Made by a program: the position numbers and the translations under genes. Under the pieces are notes generated by a model. That model did not search any database. It had not been told where the DNA came from and saw nothing but the letters and a program-made list of their open reading frames with translations. Of a stretch of 64,000 nt of DNA, positions 51,831-64,000 are shown one piece after another. The stretch is taken from NCBI GenBank assembly GCA_030704615.1, contig CM060732.1, positions 31,186,001 through 31,250,000 on the forward strand, written 5' to 3'. This DNA is from Takakia lepidozioides. Lineage: Eukaryota > Plantae > Bryophyta. How positions within the stretch are numbered: position 1 is the first letter of the stretch; each line of letters opens with the position of its first letter.

Positions 51831-52689
51831 AAAAGAAAGAGATCCCCTAGTGTTTGGTTACCCTCCCTCGCTCCCTCACATTCATAGATACCTCCTGCTA
51901 TCCCTCTATCTGCGCCCCCCCCCCCCCAAGACGCGTCCTAGACGCGCGCGGTCAGGGTGATGGCATACTAGCTAGGAGGGGTCGTGGTAAGTCGTGGTGT
52001 GGTTTGGGCTCGAAGAACCGCCCACCCGGCTGCGGTTAGTGCAAGAGATCCGCGGTATATGTACATGCAATTTCTACTTCCGACCGGGCAAAGACAAGTT
52101 TAACTTCTCTACTTTGCAAGACAATTTGCATTCCTATGTCCTACGGTCTTTTATGGGTTTCTACTTAAAATGTAATTACCTTCCAAGTCTTTGTTTATTC
52201 GCTAAGTCCTACATGCCTAAGCCCCTGAGCCGCTTATAGCCGGGATCTATTTACGTCCCTTCACAAAGCATCTACCAAGCTTAGGGAGGGTGAATCCCTC
52301 TCCATCTGCCCCTCCAATTCCTGCGTGCTTGTGCTCAAGACACCCTCCAGGAAAGGCTATTACTTCTCCCAAAACTCAATTATTGTTTTTCTACATAACC
52401 TCTGAGATCGAGAATAGAGCCTAAGTGACTGACTACACATCCACCAAAGCAGACATATCCTGTCTGAAAACCAATAACGCAGATCTGCATCATAAGGGCA
52501 ATCCTAAGAGAGAGAGAAAGAAGACTCCGGCCAAAGCCGGCGTAACTAAGAGCCACTTCGCCTTGCGGCTACTGCCCCCTTTCAGGGGTGGGCCCTATAA
52601 AAAGAAAGGTGTCATGTGGGACACCAAGTGACCGTAGAAAGTAGGGGAGTCTGGGGTACCCCTGGGTACACTGGGGGACCTAGGGTGCG

Positions 52690-55600
52690 TTTGAAGTGCC
52701 GGATTCCAGTTGGTGATAATAGTTGTGAGTGAACGGAGTGCCGTGAGGTGAATTGCTTTGAAGCATTTGGGAATGGGAAGAGTGGGAATTTTGAAGTTAT
52801 CATGTATGTCATTGATATTGGCGTTATGAATGCCGCCTCGAGTACCGGCGGTGATGACGGTTAATGGGCCAGTTTTCCAGCCATACTGTCGGATTGCAAG
52901 GATAAGCGAGGCATATTTTTGACGTTTTTCTAAAATCGAATCATTGGGATAGCAATTGTGGCAAAATGTGAATTCAATGAAATGAATGGTGGGGATGGTG
53001 AGGTGGGGGGTGGGGTGTTAATGGGTAGGCCTTGTACAAGGAGTATGTCCAGGCAAAGCCTAGCAGGGCATGAGCAAGGTGATCGGGTACATATACATGG
53101 TAGCAGCCACGGTGACACAGTGTGGTTGGGTGGCTGACCTTGGTAGGTGCCAGCATTTATGAGCAAGAACCATCTGGTTTCAGCACGGTTTAGAAAGAAC
53201 TTATGGAGATGCCAGATTGCCCGGTTGTGTCGCGTGATATGAAGGCCATGTATAATCGGGTGCATACATTGGCTGAGGAGACGTGGCCAAGTGTCACGAG
53301 CTTGGTGAGTGGTTGAACATAATGGGCAATATGGGGATGAGAACATATATATGCGGCCAAAAGATGTGTTTGCGATGGTGACCCATGTATTGGGCGTATC
53401 TGAATTTGATTGTTTGTCGGATTTGTGCGTCGGTGGTAGCTTTGGTTAACCAGAAATGATTTGAGAATTTATGGTGCAATACATTTGATTGAGTCCATTT
53501 TTGGATGCATACTTTGGTGTGGCTGATGGAGGCTGCAGCTTGTTTATTTGCTTATCTGGTCAGAGTGGTTAGGAGGTTTCGGACTGGTCTGGGTACAGGG
53601 AGATCCGGGACGAGGTGTATAAACCAGAAAGGGTGGGTATGGGCGATGTAGATGGGGTCGGCTGTGAGTTCGATTGTGGGTTAAGAGGCGCCGAGTTGAG
53701 CGAGTAGGTCTACTTCCTCATTACCATGAATGCCAGTGTGCGAGTGGACTTTGAGTAAATGGACTGGATGGTTTTGGGAAATGGCTATTTGGACAATGGC
53801 GACAATGAGGTTGCGGTCGGGGTGATGATGATGGGAAGAAGGGCGGGAGATGTGGTTTCGAATAAGAAATAGAGAGGTGAGGCTATCAGTGAAGATATAG
53901 TATGGGGGGGGGAAGGCGTCAAGTAGAGAGAGAGCTTCGTGGATGGCCATGAGCTCAGCCCTTAGAATGGTGGCCGGGCCAGGGAGCCGGAGGGCAATAC
54001 CCCGCCCGCTGCCGGCGTGATAAATTCCATATCCTACATTAGGTTTGGTGAGGGATCCATCAGTGTAGTGTGAGTTTTCCGGGGGATACTTGAGGGTGGT
54101 GTTTTGCTAATATAGTGAGAGGATTGGGGAAGGGGTGTTGTTGGTATTACCTGGGAGGGGCGCGGCTGTGCCATGCCCCAGGCTTTGTTTGTTTTGATCC
54201 AGAGATGTGGCGGTTGTGGTGTGGAGGGGTGTAGTTGGGTAATGGATGGTGGCCTTCATTTTATGAGTTATGGTTAACAACTGTTCTAGCTGGTGGGAAA
54301 AAAATGTTGGTATGTTTGTATGAAGGGGGTTTTGGACATGTAGAATCAGAGCTAGGGTAGGTTCTTTCCTTTTGAGGTACTTGGGAAGAGGGGGGTAATA
54401 AACATACTTAAGCTGATTTGGGTCAATTGTGGCGAGTAGATTGACCCTTTCGGGGAGTCATAGGAGAGGGTGGGGGGTGCTAGGTGTGTTTTACTATACG
54501 AGGGTGATAATTGAGAGGAGTGTGCTGCGAATCTTGCCCATTGGAGAGCTTCATAAGTGAGAGGGCCATAGGGTGGGTGGGCAAAGCCCCTACCCTCCCA
54601 GGTATGCTGGGTAGCATTGCCGGTGGCTCCAAAGAGACAATCCATGTGGTGCGGGCTGGAAAATGTGTGCAAGTCCATAGGACATGTCAGTGGATTGGAA
54701 TTATATGAGTGAGTAAGCTGGAATGTATTGATAAGTAAGGCGAGAATATCTTGGGCTATGGCATGGTGTGCGCATGCCATTTCCAGTTAGGTGAGGGATC
54801 ATGCTTCTTGGGGGGGGTGTCTTTGAGGTAGCGGTCTACGAACCAATATAATTTGGTCTCGAAGTCTTGTTTTGGGGGTTGTAAAGATTGTGGATATGAG
54901 TTTGCAGCAGAGTACTTCTCCCACAACTATGTTAATCTATTATTAGGAATGAGTCCAATGAAGTGGCCGTGTTGAGCGTAAATATTGGAAAGGTGGAGGC
55001 CCATGCAAATTAGTGGTTGGTCATGCTTGACATCTTTGTCGGGGTTACACTTAGTTATGCAGATGTGCACGTTGGGGGAGGAGATTGGCTGGTGAATGTA
55101 ACTACTGTCTGTAGGTTGAGCGGGGGTGGTGTGTTGTTGGTGAATGTCTATGAAGTAGTCAGTGTTAGTATGTTTATGGAATGAGGTGAGAAGGGCAAGA
55201 TTATGTTCGAGGTCGCAATCGTCATGTGGGCCAAATATGTCATCTTCTATCTGTCATGTGTTGTCTTATAAGGAGTGACTAGCCCATTTACAATGGTAGT
55301 ATGTGTCAAAACAGGTGGCACCGAAGGCATCGATTGACGTTTGAGTTTTGACTCCTAGTATGGCTTCAATTATGTATGCATTATTATTGTCATCATTGTG
55401 TGGAGAAGGTGGGGGGGGGCGCGCTGTGGTGAGTGGTTGGGAGTGGGTGGGGGAGCCTTGCGTATTAGATGAGGGGTTGATGGCATATGCATGTTGTGGT
55501 CAGGTTCGGTATGTTGTGTGTTAGGTAGATGAGAGGGGGGGTCGGGTTCTATGACAGTTGGGGTATTGGTGGTATATGCCGTTTTAAGTGTTTGGTAGAT

Positions 55601-55945
55601 TGAGGCAGTAGGGGTAGATCGGTACTGGGGGAGCATGTCTCGAACCGTATGGGGATAGTAGAGACATGGGAGATCGCATTGGAGGGTGCAGGCTGCTGAC
55701 AGATGATAGAAGAGGGTTCGGCGATGGTGTAGGTATCGCGTGGTTTTGGTCGTAGCTTGGGAGAATTTAAGAGTGAATTCGCTTGGTTTTAAAAGTCAAT
55801 GGCCGGAGGCGGTGGTAAGTTGGGTGAGGGTGGTAATGTGACGTTCTTTGAAATAGTTGAGGATGGGGATCTTTTGTTTCGGATGAGAGATGTCAAATTG
55901 TGATAAGAAAGGGCTTGTGAGCCATGCGTGTTCTAGGGGTGACGA
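52690..55945 (-). mobile_element. Decayed non-LTR retrotransposon 3' half: PCIF1-like MTase, RNase H, CCHC, restriction-like endonuclease
   Basis: RNase H YTDGS..RAELMAI..IFTDSL..KVHSHTGIHGNEEVD; CPLC..DTWP.LLSQC..RHNRA..(RP)DIL..IEFTF..KY..GW; MTase-like 54352-54780. Confidence 0.75.
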
Positions 55946-58699
55946 GGTTTAGGGTAATATGGCAGGCGGGGCCGATTCCCAAGATGGCGGAGGAGTAGTA
56001 GAAAAACCCCTGCGGTGCAAGCCTAGTGCCTCGCTACCTTGGCCTTGCTGGCAGGGGCAGGACGTACTTTGGCTAGAGAGCATGGCAAAGTGGGGCATTA
56101 ATGAGGGAAGGAGACACGTGTAGTTAGGAAAGGCATTCAAACATGTGGCACGCCAGCGGATTAATGAGGGTTGAAGACACGTGTAGTTAGGAAAAGGATT
56201 GAAACATTTGGCGGGCCAGGTTTGGAGCCCGCCATATATGCCCAAATGTGGCGGGGCAAAGACAAATTTGAGCGCCCCCCCCCCCCCCCCCCGGAAAATA
56301 ATTTGGCGTTATGGGTCAATGCACGCTAAGTGATATCATTTCGCGAAATTTTTGTATATTTTTTGCTCACTTTTATTTTTATTTTTATTTTTTCTTATAC
56401 TTTTCTTATATTTTTTGATACTTTTGAGGTCTTAAACATATGCTTTAGAGTAGGTTACACCTTATGCACTTGAAATTATTGAATTTGAGTATGTTATCAT
56501 CAACTAAAGTATCATGTCCATTTTGGCTTTTGTTTTAGGGAAAAATTCAAAATCGGGCAGCCATAAATCCTAGAATACACATTAGATGGTTCTGAAAAAT
56601 TTTACACTGGTTTTGTAGGTAGGTGATCTAATACTGTACCAAGTTTCAAGCTCAACAGACCAAATTTGTAAATTTGACCTAAATTTGAAGGTCTCCTATG
56701 CATGGGGCGGACATCGCTACAGCTTTGCATAAAAGCATCCAAATTTCATACATGGTACAACCTATCTCAAATATACTTTGTGAAAGAGATTCCCTACATT
56801 CTCCTCTTTCCAGAAAGTATATATATGATGGTATAAAAATGTAAGGGTTGCAAGTGTCCATAGCGCGAAGTTGGCATATTGGCAAAATTTCACTAAGTGG
56901 ACAATACTTTTTGAGCCACTCTAGCATGCAATGACCCTTATTGCACCGTTGGGGTTTACTTTGGGCCCCACACTTTGTGGCGGGAGTAGATTGGCGCCGG
57001 CTGGGTTTTCCTAGGACAATGATTGGAGCCTCGACATGAGAGATATCTAGGAAAAGGTCTCCGGTTCAAATTTAGTCGTAGGTTCTATGGGAAAAAAATG
57101 AGTAGACTTAGATGACTTATATGACATTGGACACTTGGGTCAATGACAAAGGCTTTCCTGGAACTTGGACGGGTGATATATCAATATGATTGGATATAAT
57201 ACTCCTCAATAAATTCACGGAAAGAAATAAATGGGGTCTTGATATGGGAATAAATTGGAAAAAAATACATTGGGCCTTCACATGGGGGACGTACTTGGAT
57301 ACATAGGAGACGCACTAAGATACATAGAAGATATTACACTTGGGCTTTAAATGACACTTGACACTTGGGCCAACGGCACAGGCTATCCTAGCTACCCTAG
57401 TAGATATGAAGTCGGGCCAGAGTCAAAGCCATGTCCAGCCCCAATGGCAATGTCAGTAGGGCAATGTCGACTTGGCACTATTCGTGCCACTATTCTTCAT
57501 TTTTTTAGTACAATGTTGTTAGGGCAATGTCGACTTGGTCCGCCACTATTTTTTATGTCTTAACACATGTCGGTAGGGCAATGTCGTATTTTGCATCCGT
57601 ATGCAGCTATAGCTATGAAATTTAACCCCCGAGGAGGTCACTCCTTCAATGTAAACCTTTGTGACCATCTGCGAACAAATGCTATATAGTTGGGGGGTAT
57701 TATTATTATTATTATTATTATTATTTGGTACCCTTGCATTACATAATAATACGGGTCTTTTATAGACACCCTATTTTGAATTATATAAAAAAATGTTTTA
57801 TTAACACCCAAATTTACTTTAAAGTGTTATATAAAATTCAATTTGAAGGGAGAACATAAAACAGTAGCAGCACATGCACAACAAACAACAAAAAACATGT
57901 ATTTTATTCAAGCGGATATGGTCTACTATCGCTCACCAACAAACTCATTCAATGAGTCTGCATCATTAATATCTAATACATACAAGTTGTTCTTTGGCTG
58001 ATAAGTTAAAGTGACAATAGAGATAATGGTATCTACATCTACCCATTTAGAATCGATACCCATCATATTTGAGCTTAAGATGAAAATAGTTGTGGCAAGG
58101 AGGCCTCTCAAGGCATTGAGAGTTGCAAGGTTCAGGCAGTTTTAACTTTTAACAGAAGACGATATCCTATGAAGATTGCCCCTTGGCCATCAAAAGTGCT
58201 GGGAAGTGTGGTATTGAAAAATTTGTGAGAAAATGAAGGTCAAGGGTTTTGGCCAAGTGACTAGTATATTTGTGCAAGTGCAAAATAAGGAAAGTTTCTA
58301 TCTAGGCTGAAAGTTCCACTGTAGTTATACATGTCTCCAATACTCATTTCATCTCTCATATTTTGGGGAGGATATGAATGCTCAAAATGTGCTCGACTTG
58401 GATTATCTTGTCACCTATAAAGTACTAGTAAAATGTACTCATAAGACGTTGTTTGTTGTAGCCTCGTGGCCATTGACTCCGCGCCCAGTTTGAGCGGAAC
58501 ACAAAGGGACAGAACCTACCTCTGTTAGGGGCTAACGTTGGTAGTAAGACTTACCTTGGTATAAAACATTGATCGGGTTTTTCCAGATATCCTCTAGAAA
58601 TCCCTTCACACAAGCATCAATCTGCTATGTGTGGTTTACCCAACTAAGCCCCAGAAGGGCCTGGGGCTTTGGCTCAGCCTCGAGACTTTCAAAGTTGGT

Positions 58700-59208
58700 A
58701 AACAGAGGTATAGTCACAATTCCCTTGATAGATTTGAGGAGAGCGTCTCTCTAGTGAGAGAACCCCGGACAGTGAATTAGGAAATGAATATTGTCTTCAG
58801 GTTGCCCACACAACGGGCAATTGCACTCTCCCTTTCCTCTGTGCTTCTATTTGCGATTCAAAGGTAGGCTTCCTGCGCCAATAAGTTTAAATTTCAGTCT
58901 AGTGAGTGAGTAGACCCTTGAGGTCATCCATGATGTCCTCCCCCATGTCACAGACTGGAAGCAAGTTCAGGGAAGTTTTCTGCTTGACTTTATTTTCATC
59001 AGACAATTTCATGGCAACAGACATGGCTTTGGACACTACAACCTCTAAGTCAGATTTATCTAGCAGGGTCAAGACTTGCGGATCTAGATCCAGATCCTTG
59101 AGAATGTCTTCTATTCTCTTTTGCCAGGACTTAGCCTGTTTGACAGGGCGGTCCTATTTCCAAGATATAGAGTCGGTTAACTTTAGGATATCTGGTGTTG
59201 GACATATG
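58700..59208 (-). pseudogene. C-terminal zinc-finger region of a LINE ORF2
   Basis: SWQKRIEDILKDL and CPLCGQPEDNIHFLIHCP; cut by LTR B. Confidence 0.5.
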
Positions 59209-61600
59209 TGTTAGAGGGCTATCTGGGACTTAGACAATTTTACGGGTTCTGTGGGGTACCCTTAATTTTGCGCAGACTTATGGATGGTAGGCTCAGACCA
59301 ATAGAGACCTTAGGGGTGATAGACATAGGCCTTAGGGGTGGTAGGCAGGCTCACACAGTCAGTCATAGGTTTACACAGCCTTACACAGCCTTACACAGCT
59401 TGACACAACTTGTCACAGTCTTACACAGTTAGACAGAGCCTCACACAGTCAGTCATAGCCCGACACAGCCCGACACAGCCCGACACAGCCAGTCACAGTC
59501 ACAGCCCGACACAGCTTGGTACAGCCCTTCACAGTATATACAGATAACGGTTATTATTGGCAGGGAATGACTGTGTGGGAACGACATCTGCAGAGGGAAC
59601 GTGCATTCTGTCTTAGATGACAGTTAGTTAGTTAGGCGGTTAGAACAGCTTGTAGGTAGAATAGGCAGAGTAGCAATATGGAGGGGGGTCACTTCTTGGA
59701 TCACGGTTTTGGGAGATCACGGGAGGAGATCAGGCGGAGAGCAGAAATTTGAGCGCAAAGATGGAGAGACGATGTGCTGATGCTTGATTCATGCAAGCTG
59801 TAGAGATGTACTGTAGAGCAGATTAGAGACACCATGGCTACGGCCTGATACTTAATAGACATTAATCTGATACATATTTCATGCACACACACTGTGTAGA
59901 GAGACCTGAGTGAAGCTGTGGAATGAATGGATGAGTGGATGGAACCTGGTAGATTACTGAAGCAATCTGATACTTAATTACAGACAGTAAGGTAACTTGC
60001 TAACATGAATGCGAGAAGGAATACAAATAGGAAGCACCCCCATGATACACTAGTTGTAGGTCATGACTGATTGTTCTGAGCGGGCTGAGTGCTTAGAGAT
60101 TTCCAACTCTTCTATCTTGGAGTTTCCACCTCGGATAGCTAAGGGATGGGTGAGTAAAAGCCGCTCGGCATTTGGCGACCATACAGGGGAACTGAGTAAA
60201 AAACAACCAGATGTAACAGACATCTGGTGGGATAATGGTGGATAGAGAATTAAAGAATTTGATGTGAATCAAAGTCCCTGTGAAACTGAAAAAAAAAAGA
60301 TTGTCCAAACAATTCTTTCAGAGGTTCTTGGAATTGCCAGACGGTTGCAAGGTATTTTGGTCATCTCTTTTGTTTCAGCAACTCATCCTTAAGAGGGTGC
60401 ATGATGCTGATCCAGAGTGGGGTCTGGAGAAAGGAGTGATAAAGATTTATCAAGTGCCCGGTAGAGGGAGAGAAAGTTGGTTACCAACACTGGTTTATTT
60501 GATAGCATTGCTATCCATAAAACGAGTGGAGTTTGAAAGCTGGGAGGAACGGAAAGTGAATGTTTTTACTCATATGCATGAAGAACTTGTACTGTAAAAA
60601 ATTGAATTCCTAAGGATATCCTGTGGATCAAACTTACACCAAGAACAACTTTTTAGACGTGCTTGCCATATGGTTATATGGTAACGGAGTCTTCTAGTAT
60701 AGCCAAGGGCGCAATAAAGCTTGAAAGAATTCCAGACATGTACGAGAGATACTACAGAAGAGAGTTTTGGTTACTGCCTCATTAAAGATATCAAAGACAT
60801 GGGACATGAGTGATGAAAGAGAAGCTAGACTCCACAGATATTTGGCAAAAAGAGAAAGTTATTTGAAAGCTAATCATCCAGATCTTTGGGAGAGAGGAAT
60901 AGACATAGGGGAATCATCTGGATCTCTCACACCATTAAGACCAGAGAGTACAACACCCATACCGGAAGAACCAAAGTTGGATGCCACTCCTTCTTATTCT
61001 TTACAAGAAAGATTAAGGGATTTGGTACAGGAAGAAGATCAGCCACGAGGGGAAAGATCTGAGGTACATCCCTGGATTAAAGATTTGACAAAAATCTTTG
61101 ATCAGAGTTGGCATGGAACATCAAAAGCAGGAACTCCAGTTTTTGAAGCACAAGACAAAGAATGAGAGGATGATGTGGCAGAGCCAATGGAGAGTTCAGA
61201 CTCTCCAACACCACTTCAGTTGAGTTATATGAGTGAGGAAGAAGAAATCCAAGAGAAGAACTTGGAAGATGAAGAGTATGAAGAAGTAGACCCAACAGTT
61301 GAGGTTGAGACTACAACCAAGACATCCAACCTATTGAACCTGGATCAAGTGGAGCACTTGGATAACAAGCCAACAAATGTGTCGGCTCAGGGGGATCAGG
61401 CGGGCAGCTTGGATCTGGCTCTGGTGGGACAGGGAGTGTGGGAAGTAGTGCAACTGGACCTGGGGATACTGCAAGTACATGAGGGCTAGTAGTAGGGAGT
61501 GCTCAGGGGCCAATACATGGTGAGAGTTCCACCACTACAATAGCATGTCCTCAAGGACCAACACCAACATGAGGACCAACACCTGTCAGAGGGCAGGGTT
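59209..61600 (+). mobile_element. Family-B Ty3/gypsy 5' part: full LTR 59209-60170, PBS, pre-gag ORF, truncated
   Basis: TGTTAG...CGGCA then TTTGGCGACCATACAGGGGA; internal part closely matches 39330-40700. Confidence 0.9.
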
Positions 61601-61683
61601 TTCTAACAGTCAGGCGTTGTACAAGAGAGTTGAACTTACAAAGTATGTTTTAGAACATGTGCTAAGTCCAACCACTATTTTTG

Positions 61684-62350
61684 GGACGACGCTACCGCGT
61701 GAGCGTGTGAGCGTACGCTCACGCAATGGTGACGTGGCATGAGCGTGAAGCTGGCGTGGCAAGAGCCTGCTGACATGACGTTAGCCTGTTGATGTGGCAG
61801 TCGAGAAGATGACGTGGCATTTGGACAACGTGGCAGACGCCATGTCAACAGAAACATATTGCGCCTATAGCCGAGGGGCCTATAGCCGTGACATTCATCA
61901 GTTTCGTATGCCAACAAAATCCGGATAGGTGTAGTTGGGGAAATTCGAAACAGTGATGTCACAGTGATGTGGTATGATTGTCTTGCACAGATGTCGATGT
62001 CATCATTGTGTAGATCCGACCATACTCCGGATTAGGAACTTCTGTAACACTAGCTTGAAGCATTCTTGCGGATTCGACCTTGCCGAAGTGTTCTGCGGTT
62101 GGAGGGAAACGTCGAACCAGGTTTCCATTCCGTTTAGTTGAATGTAAATGAGCGTGTGCATGAGGCACTCGAGAACTGCCAGAACTCGAAGCACTTGCAC
62201 ATACAGTGGGTTGTCATGCAAAGGAGAAGCCTAGACATCCTCGAGCATTGCAATCTCCTGAGATGTGAGATCTGTCTTCACCTTCACAAACCAAACGCTT
62301 GGTGGAGAAGGCTTCATGATCATCAATGTTGGCCTCCAACTGATCCTTAG
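61684..62350 (-). mobile_element. Terminus and transposase remnant of another MTase-MULE-related element
   Basis: End GGACGACGCTACCGCGTGAGC aligns with element B end GAGTGCAGCTACGGCGTGAGC; KRNGNLVRR..GKVESARMLQA..YGRIYT matches 33863-34108. Confidence 0.65.
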
Positions 62351-62420
62351 TCTATGGCTCTCCCCACTCCTCATACTGCTGCTTGAGAGATCCAATGACT
62401 CTCTCTTTGTGCATCTCATC

Positions 62421-63562
62421 TCACATCTGCCATGGGTATTTGCAACCCACGATCATGTGCTCGCCCCCACTCACTGCCTCAACCGTCCCGGTTGGGAGGG
62501 AGGATGCACTATCTAATGGGAGTGCAGAAGTAGCCATCAATGCTTGTAATCTCCGTTGCTCAGCCATGCACAAGCCAATGACCCATGTCAAGCAATTTAG
62601 ATCCATTGCTTGACCCAACACTTGGCGGCGTGATGCCTCTGACAGAGCTGGCACATCTGTAGTGCTCGTGGTAAGACCCATTGCCCGCTCTCGCTCATCC
62701 GCATTGGGCTCCACCAATTGCTGTAGCACACTATCCCAAATCAATCCAGGACCATTGTCTCGAAAAGCATGAGACGAGGGAAAGCTCATGAGCGTAGGCA
62801 AAGCCGAACGTGGCTGCCCCACTCGATTGACCACTACCAGAGATGGATGGTCATTATGTCGCACCCTCTGTGGTTGTCTCCCTTGGTCCAAAATGCCCTC
62901 AACCGTGAGATTGGGTGGCCATTGAATGGAATCGTATGCTCTCTTGAGTAGCTCTGGTGGTGCAAGATTGGTCCACCACAATTGAGGTCGATGCGCGCAT
63001 GATCCCACCGCTGCTGCATCCAATAGCACCGCCGATCCAGTCCCAGACCGCACACCTAATGCACACTGGCCATACCCCTAGCCCGAGAATCCCCTATAAG
63101 AGGAACATTCTCCAAGATATAGCCTAGAGGCTGCACTTGCCTCGTCTGCAAGTCCCGCAACACTCGCAACATCTCCCAAAACAAATGCGATCGTGCATCA
63201 TGCAAGCCATTCCCATGACCTACGGGAGAGTGTCATTGGCAAGGCCATCCAGCTATCACCAAGTCAATGGCACCATGCCGGTCCAAATCATCCGCCCCCA
63301 GCAACGTAATGTCTACTAGCAAGGCTTTTTGATACCCTTGAATTGCTGATAGAGACAACAACTCAGGATACCGGTGTGTGAGCAACACGATGTGGCGTAT
63401 AGAAATATGTCGAGCTATCTCATCCTTCTCCACATACAAGTACTTGCGTACTTTAATCCCTGTTTGCAATACTCCTGCAAGCCCAGTGTTCATGCCTCCA
63501 AACAAGTCTAGCAAACAAATCCCTGAGTCAAGTGGTTGCAAGGTAATGGGCACTATGTCCAA
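62421..63562 (-). pseudogene. C5 cytosine DNA methyltransferase remnant, probably retrotransposon-borne
   Basis: Motif I LLDLFGG, II YLYVE, IV IAGWPCQ(*), RSHLFW, VI YILENV, VIII-like AHRPQLWWTNL, IX ERERAMG, X RRQVLGQAM; no introns; two stops and one frameshift. Confidence 0.9.
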
Positions 63563-64000
63563 ATGAGCTTACTGAGGAGGTCCAGGTGGTGTCACTAAAC
63601 TCCCCTCACCCACCGATGGAAAGGCCTCCTGCCATGCTTGTTGTACACACTCGTCTGCTACTTGTTGCAAATTCCCAACCGTACCCCACAGTGGATATAT
63701 GCACAGGCACACGAGGAAGCAAATCAGCCTTGTATGCCAATTATTTGTCCTCATCAGGTGATGGCCTATCATCTGCATGGCTATTGCCCTCCAAGAGCTC
63801 ACCACCCCAAGCCACCACCCCTGAGAATGCAGCCAATGTGGGCATCATGTTCTTATGATCCACCGCTACATTCCCAATAAACCGCACTGGGAGCAGTGCA
63901 CGTCGGCCATCTCCTGACTACCATTCCAGCATGTAGGATGTCATTTCCTCCCAAAAGTCCAGAGTATATCCCATGGGGTATAACACAACCCCATCAACAA

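Noticed and set aside
55944-57630. Possible further MULE bounded by GAGGTT (55944) and AAATTTAACCCCC (57630)
   Set aside because: No TSD, and the left motif lies in apparent LINE coding sequence
57926-58111. Short ORF resembling a transposon protein C-terminus
   Set aside because: No diagnostic motif; cannot be assigned
60351-60378. Short GT..AG segment absent from the sister copy
   Set aside because: Too short for a typical plant intron; simple indel or substitution

Overview
Eukaryotic nuclear DNA, most likely from a non-seed land plant (inferred from PLS-PPR remnants, OSB-type PDF motifs and YRMNPNYA-type Ty3/gypsy RT). The window is a nested transposon graveyard around one intact host gene (OEP16-3/complex I B14.7-like TIM17-family gene, 48378-49614). 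The main discovery is a family of Mutator-like (MULE) DNA transposons with short asymmetric termini (GGGGG-x-TGCTA... at one end, GAG-xxx-AG-Y-TA... at the other) and 8-9 bp TSDs. Divergently from a GCM-like/DDE/SWIM transposase, it carries a spliced cargo gene: ParB/Srx-like domain (DGNHR), unknown helical region, beta-class N4-C/N6-A DNA methyltransferase fold. Members or remnants lie at 5708-6250 (MITE), 13807-23346 (both ends plus TSD), 27498-30010, 31628-36202 (both ends plus TSD), 41830-46085 and 61684-62350. Several carry their own palindrome arrays; in two divergent members these are centred on CGG(CG)CCG. Two unrelated retroelements also carry methyltransferase-like domains: a PCIF1-like domain in an RNase H/RLE non-LTR element (54352-54780) and a C5 cytosine MTase remnant (62421-63562), probably from an LTR element. 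All TE copies seen are degenerate. All protein-family calls come from motif recognition by eye; no search was run.
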